A stretch of DNA of 63,363 nt, the filler included, from Craspedostauros australis (lineage: Eukaryota), in assembly GCA_030167865.1 (NCBI GenBank). It is 9 parts of 9 records of this genome, joined end to end, with 100 filler letters (N's around TTAATTAATTAA, not from the genome) between each part and the next. Parts side by side here need not be neighbours in the genome. Positions count along the whole stretch, not along the records: positions 1 to 15,245 come from JALAGF010002162.1; positions 15,346 to 27,021 come from JALAGF010002165.1; 7 more parts are not named here. One strand, 5' to 3'. A model generated the notes under the pieces. The model was not told the origin of the DNA. It searched no databases and worked only from the letters and a program-made list of their open reading frames with translations. The position numbers and the translations under genes were made by a program. Positions within the stretch are counted from its first letter, which is position 1, and each line of letters opens with the position of its first letter. Shown piece after piece: positions 10,126 to 21,995 of the stretch.

Positions 10126-12732
10126 TCACGATGGCGATGTGCCGCCGGTGTTGACGGCGCGGTTGACGAATTCCCCGTTCACGATTTCGGGGATGCTGCC
10201 ACCGTGCGATTTGGGACTGTTGCCGGCGAAGACATCGGAGGCTTGGATGGCAACGGCCGGGTCAGGATAGCACAGCTGCATCAATCCGATGAGGCATTCT
10301 GGCAACTCGTCGTCTGTGTGGCCTTCGATTGTGAAGCCAAACGTCACAAGCACCTTCTTGAAGTATGTGTCCTTCATGAAGCAGATGCCCTTCTTGGCGA
10401 GGTACGGGAATGGGTGCAACGAGATGTCGAATTCCATGCACGACATCTCCGGATGGCGGTACAGGAAGCCAGTCTGTCCAGCGCGTTTGATGAGGAAGGG
10501 CTTTCCGTTGTAGCTGGAGATCCAGGACGGCAGGCCGATCTCGGCCAGGTTCTGAGCGTTTGGCACGCACTTGAAGCGCGCCATGAACTTCTCGTCCGTC
10601 GGCGCACGGCGGCACCACTCCTCAAACAGCTTCACCGCATTCACGATGCTCTTCTGAGGGTCTTCGGGAGGCGGCTCCTTTGATGGGTCGTAACCCTCCG
10701 CCGTGACGCGACGGAGGATGTCCCTCGTCTCCTGTTTCATGACGAAGTACATGGTGATGGTGAAGCCGCCACCGTCGTTCGAGGACTTCGTCATCTTGGG
10801 TGGATCGGTGGGAAGGGCGACGCTGATGACAAATATGTCAGGTGCGTTCCAAGTCTTCGGCGTTCCGTCTTTATCACCATCGAAGGAGACCTTGGGCAGC
10901 TGCACACGAGACGCCATGTCGGGGTACCTGTTCGGCGATTCGAAAGCGTCTGTGTACACCAGCTTGTACAGCTCCCCGGGTGATGGGATCTTCTTCTTGC
11001 CGTTGGAGATGTATCCCTGCGATCGGATGTGGATGCCGCTGGGTGGAACGCATCGCCATCCAACGAATCTGTGCCCGTCCGCGTTGAGCGCGGTGTCCCT
11101 GGGATTTTCGATCTGCATGGCCGTCGTGCCTGCAAGAGGCTTCGGCAATGCCACGTGCTCGACGCTGTCATGCGAGTCGCTTGACATCGATGGTTCGATG
11201 GCTTGGGATGGATCGCTGGCAGCGTTTGGCTTGGAGGCGGCACGTTTTGGATTCTTCTTTGCGCTGCTCGTTTTCTTGCGTGAGGTTCTTGCCTGTGTGC
11301 TTGCTTCCACTCCCATCTTGTGCTGCGCCGTGGATGGCACTGCCACAGTGACAACCGTCGGCCTCTCTCGTTGCAGGTGGCTGAATAGGAGCATGTTGGC
11401 AAATACGACGACGTACCAAAAGAGTGTCGAAGTGATCGCCGAAGATCTGGTGAAGACCAAGGCGAGGTTGAGCGTGACACCTGCGTAGAACAACGACGAA
11501 TCAGCGATGGTCCATTTGGGGTTCGCTTCGTCCAGTGCATGTGAGCTCGTTCCGGCAGCCATCACGGACACGCTGTGTGGCGAAGCAGTGGAAAGGCTTC
11601 GTGTTTGGTGGCTGGCAGACTTGGCATCATCAACTGCTGCTGCGTGCCCTTCGTCCGCATCATCGATCGAAACGCTGGTTGCTTCCTCCTCGGCCTCGTT
11701 GGACGTGCTGCCGGAGCTGTCATCGATGTGCTGTCCTGTTGGCGCCGGACTGATGAGGTTTCTGACCGTGTAGGGCCCGAGCGACCAGAGCCTGTGCCCT
11801 GAGAAGTCCTTGTGTTTGGAAACCTTCCTTGGGGGTGGAGGCGGCGAATGGCCGCCATTGGCAACGGGTCTGTCCTTGCCGGTCTTGCCGTCGCCTGCGT
11901 TTCCGCCATTCGGCGGTTCGCTGAGCTGCCCCGCGAAGGTGAGGGTTGTATCGACGGTGGGGTCATGGATCTGCAATATCTCCTTGTTGTACGCGTCCAC
12001 GCTGGCCTGCGCGATGATATCGGTGAGAATGGCCAGCCACTGCATGAGGTCTTTGTGGGTGTCGAAGCAGAGCTTCCATTTGGTGATACCGTTGAGCTTG
12101 ATGCTGAGGGCGAATGGCGTCGGCGCGCCGGAATGCCCGAAGCTGGCACCGACGGAAGCCTTTTCCTTGACGATGTCGAGATGTCCTCGGCCCGTGGTTG
12201 CTCCGCTTTCGCCGGGCATGTGCATGCCCAGAGACGCCGAAGCCTTGTTGACGGTCTGCTCCAGCCAGCTGCCCTTGGACTTGGAGGATGACGGGAAGAT
12301 GGATTGGCCCGACAGCAGCGCTGATGCCGTCATGGGATTGGACGTTGCCGGCCCTGTCCCGGTCGCTGACGGAGCATCCGGGATGGGGGACAGCTGTTCG
12401 TCATTGTGCAGCGCCGCCCCCGCATCATCCACAACCAAGGTGCCATCCTTGCACATCTTGTAGTACCAGAGCGTGGTGCCACGCAGAACCAGATACCGGC
12501 GCTCCCACGCCGCGCTGACGGAGTACTTGCCGAAACCGGAACGGCGCTTCCACACTGTCCCCGTCATGCGGATGGCGCCGGCATGGTTGGCGGCATCGGA
12601 CGATGGGAGCTCCGGAACGATGATGTTGCTGTCCCCATGGTGTGTGCGGTGACGCCCGAGCAACGCCTGCGCCATGCGACGCGGACTTGTCGGTGGCGTG
12701 AGCACGGTAAACGCGCCGACCGTGGGTGACAT
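10126..12732 (-). CDS. PH domain + hydrophobic hairpin + DUF1336 (EDR2 C-terminal-like) protein
   Basis: Split PH domain (TGTVWKRRSGFGK..WERRYLVLRGTTLWYY ... WKLCFDTHKDLMQWL). C-terminal IRSQGY..KKKIPS, SYNGKPFLIKR, FGFTIEGHTDDELPECLIG. Confidence 0.85.
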   Translation of the reverse strand: MSPTVGAFTVLTPPTSPRRMAQALLGRHRTHHGDSNIIVPELPSSDAANHAGAIRMTGTVWKRRSGFGKYSVSAAWERRYLVLRGTTLWYYKMCKDGTLVVDDAGAALHNDEQLSPIPDAPSATGTGPATSNPMTASALLSGQSIFPSSSKSKGSWLEQTVNKASASLGMHMPGESGATTGRGHLDIVKEKASVGASFGHSGAPTPFALSIKLNGITKWKLCFDTHKDLMQWLAILTDIIAQASVDAYNKEILQIHDPTVDTTLTFAGQLSEPPNGGNAGDGKTGKDRPVANGGHSPPPPPRKVSKHKDFSGHRLWSLGPYTVRNLISPAPTGQHIDDSSGSTSNEAEEEATSVSIDDADEGHAAAVDDAKSASHQTRSLSTASPHSVSVMAAGTSSHALDEANPKWTIADSSLFYAGVTLNLALVFTRSSAITSTLFWYVVVFANMLLFSHLQRERPTVVTVAVPSTAQHKMGVEASTQARTSRKKTSSAKKNPKRAASKPNAASDPSQAIEPSMSSDSHDSVEHVALPKPLAGTTAMQIENPRDTALNADGHRFVGWRCVPPSGIHIRSQGYISNGKKKIPSPGELYKLVYTDAFESPNRYPDMASRVQLPKVSFDGDKDGTPKTWNAPDIFVISVALPTDPPKMTKSSNDGGGFTITMYFVMKQETRDILRRVTAEGYDPSKEPPPEDPQKSIVNAVKLFEEWCRRAPTDEKFMARFKCVPNAQNLAEIGLPSWISSYNGKPFLIKRAGQTGFLYRHPEMSCMEFDISLHPFPYLAKKGICFMKDTYFKKVLVTFGFTIEGHTDDELPECLIGLMQLCYPDPAVAIQASDVFAGNSPKSHGGSIPEIVNGEFVNRAVNTGGTSPS

Positions 12733-13289
12733 CTGTTGAAACGGTGACGGTAGTTGGGTATGAATAGGGGCGTCTCGAATGTGTGTTGATTTCTATTGTG
12801 TTGATTGACGGATTGTGATCGGTTGGGTTCCTTTTGTTTCGTTGTCGCTTCTTCTCTGTGTGACGCCGTTGTGTCTGTTTCTCTGCCTCCTGCCATCCAC
12901 TTGTTGTCCGCCTGCTGTTCGTGACTCATCCGAGACCTCGTGACTGGTTTCGTTTCAATGACAGTGACGCTTTTATCATGCTCCGAGTGATGCGTGCCCG
13001 TCTTGCCGATGGTCTTGGACCGTGAGGGTGACGATGCTGCGGGGCCAACCTTCGCACTTGCATCGTGTTTCAGTGCTGGTCTTGGCGACAATGACGGCGC
13101 TGACACATGCGAATGGGCATGGGATCCAGGCGTGGCCGACAAAGTGGGCATAGCCAGAGGCGGAGGAGGGCTCTGGATGCCCGTAGAAGCAGATGTTGCG
13201 GTCACGGGTCCCAATTGCTTCCCTGTGGATGAAAGACGAGCAGCGGTGCAGCAACAGCTGAGGTTTGTGGCACGGCAGGCTCCATAACT

Positions 13290-13960
13290 GTGACATCAAC
13301 CACAGTGTCTGTGGTTGCAGTTGCAGTTGCAGTTGCTGGTGTTGGATACCAGCCATGGGTGCGGAGGATGGGATGGACCTGGAGTTGCTGTCTGGTTTGG
13401 CACCAGCCCTGACATCTGTGATGTCATTGGAAGCGTCTGCTGCGGTCTTGTCTGGTTTGGCGGATGTGGGGGAAGCTGCAGCATCGTCCTTGGGCTTTTG
13501 GGTGAGCGCCTTGAGGACGTTGCCCTGCAGCCTGTTCCAAGCCTTGAGCAGATTGTTCTGCTGCTTGGCAAATGCATCCTGGAACTTGGTAGTGTTGAGA
13601 GGGTTGGAGGCAGTTGCCTTGCCTGCACTGCTGGTTGCTGCTCCTGCTGCTCTGCCCATGCTTGCTCTGAAGGTGGGTATGGACACAGAGTATTCCTTGA
13701 GAATGGGCAGGGTGTACTTGTGGATTCCAACAGAGACCCTGGTGGTGCCTGGTTTGCTGGTGCTTGCTTTCGCTTTTGCACCAGGATTTCTCCAGCTGTC
13801 ATTGTTGGTGCTGATGCTGATGGTGCAGCTGATGGTGCAGTTGGTGATGCGGGCTCTGCTGTCTAGTTGTGACCATCAGGCAGCTGGTTCTTGTTCCTCA
13901 CAGGCTGAGCTGTTGCTTGTGATCCTGACATGATGATGGTGATAATGCTGGTGATGGCAA
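13290..13960 (-). other. CpG-depleted low-complexity segment, probably a decayed TE-derived ORF
   Basis: Only 2 CG dinucleotides in 13561-13920. Ala/Thr-rich broken ORFs. Adjacent to a transposase relic. Confidence 0.35.
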
Positions 13961-14099
13961 TGATAACTTGCTACTACCTTCCTCTACCAACACAACGAAT
14001 ATGGTGCTCCGCTCTGTGAGTCTCCAGATCGATGCTTGTGCTTGTGGTCCTACTGGCATCTCGAACACTGCCATGAATGTATTCATATTGGACACAGGA

Positions 14100-14537
14100 A
14101 TCCAATCGAATCTTCCAGAGGAGGTGGCTGCGCCAAACATCTACCTGGCATGGAGAGTCCAAAAATGGTAGCTTGCTTGAGTGCTCTCTGCTCTTGGGTA
14201 TGGTGGCTCATGTTGTTTGTGGCCTGGCCAGAAGATATTCAACGAGCGGCTGGCGCAAAAGCTTGATGACGATGAGAGAGTTGAAGCCGATGAGGGCTGT
14301 GGAGGCCCAAAAGTAAGGAGGCCAAACAACTACATGTCTACTTCTGACAGAGGTCCCAAACAGGAGACAAGAGCAAGGCATGAGTGCATCAATACAAAAT
14401 TCAAGGATTGGGCAATCCTTGGCAGTGCATACCGCTGTGATATCAAGCACCACAAAAAGGTATTCAAATCGATTGCGTACCTCACACAATTTGCAATCAT
14501 GGCTAGCCTTTACACGCCTTTTCAAGTTAAATATTAG
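14100..14537 (+). pseudogene. Degenerate PIF/Harbinger-like (DDE_Tnp_4) transposase fragment
   Basis: WPEDI/FNERLAQKLDDDERVEADEG..., RARHECINTKFKDWAIL...YRCDIKHHKKVFKSIAYLTQ. Frameshifted upstream. Confidence 0.7.
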
Positions 14538-14877
14538 CATAGTAGGAGGCACAATTTGTTTAGAGGACACAAATCTGCACTTGATGGAAACAATTGCCAA
14601 ATGCGTCAGCGATTGTATCCGTGTGTTGGTATTGTTTCTGATGGACTCTATTGTTGTTTTTCACTCATTCTGGTGGTGGCGAATCGAGGGCGTGCCAGAT
14701 TTCTCGTGACAGCCAACTCAACCAGTCTCTTGTGGCACAAGCGCAGTTTGCACCAGCGCTGTGTCACCACGCCCAATAGAGGATTGTCGCATTCAGCTCC
14801 CCCAGTCCCGAGCAGTCCCACAAGGGAGTCATAACCTGATAGAGACACTTTTCGAGGGGTGAGATGCGAACTTCCCC

Positions 14878-14940
14878 CTCCACGAGCTGAATTGATTTCA
14901 GTTCCGACGCTCTGAACTGAAATGATCTCAGCTCGTGGAG
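14878..14940. repeat. Inverted repeat with 27-nt arms and 9-nt loop
   Basis: CTCCACGAGCTGA-attg-ATTTCAGTTC / GAACTGAAAT-gatc-TCAGCTCGTGGAG; 24 of 27 positions pair. Confidence 0.85.
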
Positions 14941-15104
14941 TCCTGGCAAAATTATCACTTACACGCGGAAATAAACTTGTAGCCAATCATGATGCCTTAA
15001 TTCGTATTGATTTTGATCGTTCTTGTCGTCTCCATGGCTCTATTTGTGTGGCTGGGGTGCCTCGTCTGCATTCGATCTGGAACAACGACATCAACGAGAG
15101 ACAC

Positions 15105-15245
15105 CACAGCACGTCGCAGCACAGCACGTTGCAGCACAGCACGTTGCAGCACAGCACGTCACAGCACAGCACATCGCAGCACAGCACATCGCAGCACAGC
15201 ACATCGCAGCACAGCACATCGCAGCACAGCACATCGCAGCACAGC
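15105..15245. repeat. 15-bp tandem repeat (CACAGCACATCGCAG)n running into the contig end
   Basis: About 9 near-identical units. Confidence 0.95.
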
Positions 15246-15345
15246 NNNNNNNNNNNNNNNNNNNNNNNNNNNNNNNNNNNNNNNNNNNNTTAATTAATTA
15301 ANNNNNNNNNNNNNNNNNNNNNNNNNNNNNNNNNNNNNNNNNNNN
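15246..15345. other. Artificial contig spacer; same at 27022-27121, 33900-33999, 35784-35883, 37553-37652, 39194-39293, 46510-46609, 47979-48078
   Basis: Each is exactly 44 N + TTAATTAATTAA (stops in six frames) + 44 N. Confidence 0.98.
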
Positions 15346-17957
15346 TCGGATCGATCTTGGCACTGGCCTTGATGGTGTGGTTGCCTGTGCCCTTGCCCTT
15401 GTTAACCTCGATTCATACATGACACCTTTTGCAACAAGCCGTTCAATCATCTGCAAACCAAATGCCTTGTGCTCCAATTGATGCTCCTTTTCGACCAGCA
15501 TGTTGTGGGCGATCCAGGCATTCACCCTCAGGATGTCCAGCAGGTGAAACATCAGGGGCATCCACACTCGTCGGCATCGGAGATTCGGTCTGTAGTAGGC
15601 GATGAACTGATCGCACTTGTCCACGCCTCCCATCCAGTGATTGTAGTCGTCAATCATCTTCGGTATGCGAATCCTCACGTTCCAATTGCTCCCCCACACT
15701 TGTTTGAGGTGAGGCTTGTTCGTCTGGGTCTCCCTTGGCTTGTGGCAATCCTTCTGCACTGTCTCATTTCCGTAGTGGATGGTGCTGACCATCAAGACAA
15801 CATTGTTGTCGACCCATCTTGTGATGACGTGATCATCAGATTGTGTCCACAGATACAGCGAATTGAAGCGTCCATCCTCAATATCTTTCAGCTCCTTCGG
15901 AGGGAAGCCACGACGATTCCGAGCAGTGCCAACGATTCCCAGCCCCATTCTCCTGGAGTTCTCAATCACAGTCTTTGTTGTGAAAAGATTATCCATCGCC
16001 ACGATGTGCCCCAAATTTGGATCAAGAACAGCCATCAACTCTTGCACTGTTTTGTTGATCTTCGTTGTCTTATCCAGTCTTCCAGCAGGAAGTATATGGT
16101 ACATGAACCCAGATGCAGAGCAGCACAGCGCGAAGAACTTGTATCCTTCTTTGATGGGCTTTTGCTTTATGCGATGGGTTTGGCTTGATCGGCCTTTGAA
16201 GCGTACCATCATCTTGTCAATGGAGCAGGCAAACCCTGGCTTTGCGCACACCTTCTGAGAGACCCGGTTGGTATGGTCCAGCAGAAGTTGGACCTTGGCA
16301 TACCATGAGCGATTGGAAATGATCACAGGGGGTATCGAAGGTGGTGGTGGTGCAGGTTTGCAGGCTGCCCTGCTCTCGGACCCATGTGGGGCAACATTGT
16401 CAGAGAGGTTGGATAGCGTTGATGAAGATGTTGACGCATCAACTGACGTTCCAGAAGTTGTGGCCGTCTGCGATGATGATCTGGTGCCGCGGCTCTGATC
16501 TGTTGGAGAGACATCATCATCCATATTGTCTGCAGATGTATCGCTGCTGTCAATTGAAGAATCTGACTGGCCATCCGATTGTTCAGCCATTGCAGTGAGA
16601 TGGATGTGATTCCAAATGACTTGGTATCGTGCTCTTGTCATGTATGTCATGAGCTCGTGAGAAGGAATGGAAATGGAAGCAGCTCTCCAGTAGTCCCTCT
16701 TTGCAGGGGCGCCGAAGAAGCCCATGTAGAAGTACATTGCAAGGAATATGTACAGTTCACATACTGTCACCAGTTCNGCCTTGGATCGACTGTTTCGAAT
16801 ATGATTGTTGGTGTGAAGCTGGATGCTCTCCACAAGAGTCTCAGGGAAGAAGATTTCCAAGATGCTCTTGATTGTGGTGGCAATATTTGGTAGTCCACGG
16901 AACTTGGGCTTGTGATTGCCCACAGGGAGTGGTGTGTAGTTGTTTCGATGGTTGCTGTTGATGTTGATGGTGTACTGACTGCCATCAACTGTTGCACGGG
17001 TGCCGATGCTTTCCTGGTTCCCAATGCTTCCTTCAGATGGGTCAGCTGTGATTGCAAAGTCAGTTGTGATGGTTTCATTCGATGGGCTGGCATCAGTTTT
17101 GATGCATGCAGTGTTGCTCTGATTGGATGCCGTCTCCATCTGCGTGGCCATACGTGTTGACATGCATGTGGCCATGCGCCCAGCAATGCCAGATGGATTG
17201 CTGACGATGCTCGTTCCATCCACTGCAGGTAGTGTGACAATGCCGGCATCAATTTTGCGATCCACTGCAGGTGGAATGATGATGCTGGCATCAATTTTGC
17301 CCTCCACCGCAGGTGGAACAATGATGCTGCTCTTGCCATTGGTGTGCATGGTGGTTGATGAATGATTGGTTGTTGGCGGGTTGTCGTCGAGGCCCCTGAG
17401 GGTGGTNNNNNNNNNNNNNNNNNNNNNNNNNNNNNNNNNNNNNNNNNNNNNNNNNNNNNNNNNNNNNNAAACCACATGCGGACGAGAGCTGGTGTAGGGG
17501 AGATCAGGCTCTGCGAAGAAGGACGGCTGGCTGCTGGTTGGTGTGGAAGGTGGCTCCTTGCGCTTGGCACTGGTGAACTTGACCATGATGGATGATCAGT
17601 GTGGTGATGTGATGATGTGATGTTGTGATCTTTTGATTTTATGATGTGATGGGAAGGGGAGATGTGACGACAAAATGGGATGGAGAGACCGAAATTGGGA
17701 GGGACGGGCTCGCCGAATCAATTTTTGCGACAGTCCCGCTGGCCAAAAAACGATTCACGAGTAGTTCAGGCTCTGATTGCGACACANNNNNNNNNNNNNN
17801 NNNNNNNNNNNNNNNNNNNNNNNNNNNNNNNNNNNNNNNNNNNNNNNNNNNNNNNNNNNNNNNNNGATATGTTACACGTAAACGTCGACGTCAAAATGGA
17901 GAATCCGTGAAATTTTTTTGCTATTTGGATTCACTATAGGCCCTGGGTCATGAAGGG
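15346..17957 (-). mobile_element. piggyBac-like DNA transposon; transposase ORF 17586 to <15346, gapped and 3' truncated
   Basis: SIDKMMVRFKGR...KPIKEGYKFFALC, VAMDNLFT, GIVGTAR, WVDNNVVLMVST, YNHWMGGVDKCDQ (DDE_Tnp_1_7 motifs). 42-bp tandem repeats near 17210-17335. The outer end near 17957 (CCCTT.. on minus) is tentative. Confidence 0.9.
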
Positions 17958-18603
17958 ATACGTATTTGTGCTGATAAATCTTCGCACTATCCGTGGGTCT
18001 TCTGTTTTACTCGCCGTGTGACAGCCTTTCTAAGCGAGGGCATTGATTGTCCCAGCACCGCTTCCATGCATACATCTATCCACAGGCATCTGTGATCTGC
18101 CTGCTTTATCTGTATGCCTTTGTCCCAATTGCTGGCTCCTGCTCCTTCCACTCTCACTGCCACTGATGCAAATATACCATTGATTGTTGGCAAGTTCCGC
18201 TTACGGTAACCTACGATCGTGGAAGATGGTGTTGGTTGATAGTTGTTCATTTGCTATTTCGTGACTTGGCTACTCTGATCCTCTCAGTGTACACCAGTTC
18301 TCTTGCCTGATGCTCTCGGTGCTTCAATCTGTTTTGTAGATTTGGTCTCCAACTATGAGTTGGTATGCAAGATGCTCTCTCACTCCTCTCTGTACTCTCT
18401 CTCTCTCTCTCTGTCTCAGCATTGTGTACTTCGTGTTACGCAATACTCCGTGTTTGATGCATGCTCTGCATTTGACACTCTGTTCATTCAGTACTGGCTT
18501 CTACTCCATGAGTACTTACCATTTGAAGTTCATCTTCTGTATCCATGATCCTGATGCCCTTCGGTCATCGGATCTTTGTCTCCTGCTCTGACTTGGAGAC
18601 AGA

Positions 18604-18989
18604 TGTCGACATGGTGACACCATGACATCCTGTCGACGTCAGTAGGCATCCTTCTGCTCTCCAGATGTCACGTTCCATTGGTGATGCAGCAGTCTGTCAG
18701 ATGATATTGTCATCTGAGGTTTAGTTGGGAAGTACCTTGAGATTCTCTTGGTACCATTGATGGATGGACGGACGAGATTTCCAATTCTCTCAGAAATCGT
18801 CGACTGCAAATTTCCTCCAGAAAATCTGCTCATTTTCGTGTGTTCCATTTCCACTGTAATTCTGACGAATCACAGCATACTATCGACACGAATGTAGTTG
18901 TACCGTCCAAGTGCATATGAGAGAATAATGGGTGAACGATGCACATACACTCGTACATCTTGACATATTCACGCATGTACATCTCGACA
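18604..18989. repeat. LTR-like fragment; right ~190 bp is the reverse complement of 36771-36963
   Basis: Terminus ...CATCTCGACA at 18989 matches TGTCGAGATG at 36771. TGTCGACATG at 18604 is a 9/10 inverted match. No TSD found. Confidence 0.65.
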
Positions 18990-19939
18990 CTCGTCCTTGT
19001 CGTGCACCTCATCCGGTTGGTCATCCATGTTGATGGCTTGTGTATCACACTGGACCGTCGGTGGTCTTTCTTCCATTCCCTGTTGTGTTCCTTGTCTGTC
19101 TGGTTTAAGTCTCGCGTTTTCTTCGCTCGTCGTTATCAGCATTCGTTGGAGATCCTCCTTCTGTTTCTGCATTGCTGCCATCATCGCTCTTGTCGTCCCT
19201 GTTGTTCGCCCTGTGCTCCCTGACAATGTCGAGGTCACCGACCCTTGCGCTTGTGCCTCCAATATCTTTCCCATCTGTCCCTGTAGGATTGCCAACTTTT
19301 GTCGTCGCGGTCCTGTGGTTTGCCTGCTTCCTCCTGTCAGCAACGACGTCACAGATTCTTCTTCTTCCCTTTTCTTCTGCGCCTTTTGTTGTTGTGCTGC
19401 CTTCGTTTCCCTGATTCTTCTCCATGCTTTCTTGTCTCTCATTGATGGATTGGTATCTTCTTCGCTGTAGTATTTCTCCTTCCTGACTCCGCTCTCGTAT
19501 CATTCCTCCTCCTCGTCACTGGATACCTGCTCTGTTTTGTTTGTCAAGAAATGCATATCCTCATCCATCATCCTTGCTGCTTCCACTTCCTTGTCCTTCT
19601 CCAAGATCATTCTTTTTGTTTTCTCGTCCCATCTCATCGTCTTCGCCTCAACTCGTGCCATCAATGTAAACACTCTTTCTACTTCGTTGCATTAGTCGGC
19701 TGTCAGCTTGACCAGCAATCGTTTTGCTATCATCCTTGCCTTTGCTGTTTTGTCCAGGTGGAACTGAAGCACGTATCCATTACCTCTCCACTGTTTGTCA
19801 ATCAATGCGAAGAGTGGGGTCTTAGTGTTGCCTGTCGTTGACTTGATCTTCATGATCATCTCTTGAAGTGTCAGGTGTGAGCCTTCTGGAATCTCCTGCA
19901 GGCACTCTGGGATGATGTTGTAGGTGGTCATTGCTACTA

Positions 19940-20144
19940 TCAGCACAAAACCGAATAGTGCTAAGAACGTTACTCCCGTAGCCCCCACTATCTATAAATT
20001 TCACTTGTGTTCGGATCAGCAATCGCATCGCCTGTAGCTCAACGGTAGAGCACCAGTAATTCTAACTGAGGTTCCGGGTTCGAATCCCGGCATGGTACTT
20101 TGCTTTTTGCTCTCCCCTTGTGATTTTTCGATAGTGCTCTTTCA
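19940..20144 (+). mobile_element. 205-bp insertion carrying a tRNA-like Pol III cassette, flanked by 7-bp TSD GCTACTA
   Basis: GCTACTA at 19933-19939 and 20145-20151. Removing the insert and one TSD restores the host ORF1 frame EWCLQVVAMTTYNII. Confidence 0.8.
20028..20098 (+). ncRNA. tRNA-like sequence (pseudo-tRNA or SINE-type head)
   Basis: A box TAGCTCAACGGTAGAGC. Perfect T-arm CCGGG-TTCGAAT-CCCGG. Anticodon arm CAGT/ACTG with atypical loop AATTCTA. Imperfect acceptor stem. TATAAA at 19993-19998 and T5 at 20104-20108. Confidence 0.75.
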
Positions 20145-21248
20145 GCTACTACTTGGAGGCACCATTCCATCTACCTTTCTCTCAATTCGAACCATCCCTT
20201 CCTCATGTCCGTGTTTACGATGCCTGAGAGTGGGATGATGATCCTCATTCAGACTCCAAGTGGGAACTTCTTTGACTGCGTGCTATAGTACACTTCCAGA
20301 ATCTTCGATACCAATGCCCTGTCTTCCGTGCTTGACTCCACATGAAGGGATTGGGGATCACTTTTTGTATCCCTGTTTGGGTCATACTTCTCTCTGTCCA
20401 AGATTCGTTTCCATGTGATCGCTACTTGCATCTTTGCTAGCTTGGTAAGCTCTTCCTCCAAGGCTTCTGTGTCGATTTGGCAGGTCGAGTATAGCAGCCA
20501 TCCCAGCATTGTTGTAGATGGTGCTTGAATTTTGGCTACCTCGAACCTACCTCCAATGTGTTGGAAGAAGTCAGTCAGCTCTCCAGTGATTCGGCTGATC
20601 TGCTCTTTTGCCTTTATCTTCACCCTTAGATATCATTTCTCTTGTGCGGCCTTGTAGATTGGTCGTACGCCTTTGAAGAACTTCTTCAGGTTCGTCATGT
20701 CGGTAGGGAATGACTCCATTGCGTGGACGATTGTTTGATCTTTGTAGGGATTCCATGGCAAGAGTTTCGCCATTGTGTTCACTCTCTGTATCGACCATAG
20801 GAACTCCTTGCACCACGCAATGGCTGCATCGATGGCTGTTCCTGCGTTGTTGGCTCCGTCCCCTCCTTCGATCATCATCTGCACGTCGCAGTATCTTGTC
20901 TCCACTGCATTCTCCTTCGTGCACTTCCCCCATTTCACTCTGCTCTCATTGCTGCCTGCTTGTGTGGCTTCGTCACAGTCCATTGCTTGTTCCTTGATTC
21001 CTGGATCCCCTCTTTTCTTTGTGTGCCATCCAGTTGCTGGTGGTTGTGATGATCTCCACTTCTCCTGTTGGTCTTGTTTCATCTTTTCCTTCCATTGCTC
21101 TGGTCATCGCCTTCTCCCCCTCCTTCCCTGATCCTTGCAGGTCCTTCCTGTTGTGTGGTTGTTCCTCTTGCAAAGTGTGTCTTGGGCTTCGGACCGTCCT
21201 CTTCTTGCTCTCTCCTGTCTCCTCTTTCTTCCCCTTGTGTGCCTCGTT

Positions 21249-21995
21249 TGTCAACATCTAGATCGCAATTTAGGCTAACATCACACATGACTGGAACGTG
21301 ATTCGACTCGATTGATAGTATAGTCGAATGAGTCTTGATGATGCGAATGGTGTTCGGGTTCTATTGTCATCAGATATGACGTAGGCACTGACATCAGCGA
21401 ATGACGTCAGAGGATCGTCACTGAGGTCCGAGGAATTAAGAATAAATGTTAGTTATGGTATGTTGACTTGTCTAGTGACGCCAGGTGCATCGGTGAGCAC
21501 GTGGCAACAACAATTAGGAAATAGTCCTGTGATGTCAGGGATGATGCAAGCAATCTACTGATGTCAACAGTTGGGATATATGAATCCTATGGGATTCCAA
21601 GACCAGCCAAGACCGGGCAAGATTAGACAAGATCAGACAGAGATGTAGAAAGACCCAAGAGGAGAAATAACACAAGTCACTGCGCAAAGCAGACAACACC
21701 CTTGGGCAACAAAGTAGAAAATATGCCTGATGTAACATGAAGACATCAAGCAGATCAGTAGGAAGACCTGATGATGAATCAGGCAAGATTGTAGAAATGG
21801 TGCATGAACGCATCAGATTAGGATGAGTGAGATCTTGTGCTCACAATTTCAAACTCAATCATCAATTGACTACAACTAACTTAGAACACAACAAACACCA
21901 AACATCTCCAACTTCACCTGACGGATTGATCACCCAGGCGGTGTCGTAAGTGCAGTGTTTGGTGCCCTTGACTTGTATGCAATTGCTGATTATCA
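21249..21995. mobile_element. Solo LTR (747 bp), TG...CA, 5-bp TSD TCGTT
   Basis: TCGTT at 21244-21248 and 21996-22000. Ends TGTCAAC...ATTATCA. Excision rejoins ORF1 as ATKEGENEAHKGKKE. Confidence 0.85.

Noticed and set aside
12733..13286. Upstream exon of the PH-DUF1336 gene (CAG sits right before its ATG)
   Set aside because: No convincing donor site or recognisable domain; needs RNA-seq.
15290..15301. Recurrent TTAATTAATTAA as a piggyBac TTAA target or other biological motif
   Set aside because: It is always centred in an exact 100-nt N spacer, so it is an assembly linker. ORFs that end in it have false stops.
17930..17961. Definite piggyBac TIR
   Set aside because: The CCCTT-type end lacks a flanking TTAA and the other end is missing, so it is kept only as tentative.
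20028..20098. Functional tRNA-Glu(TTC), tRNA-Arg(TCT) or amber suppressor
   Set aside because: The acceptor stem pairs poorly, and the loop lacks U33 and purine 37 in the register defined by the stem.
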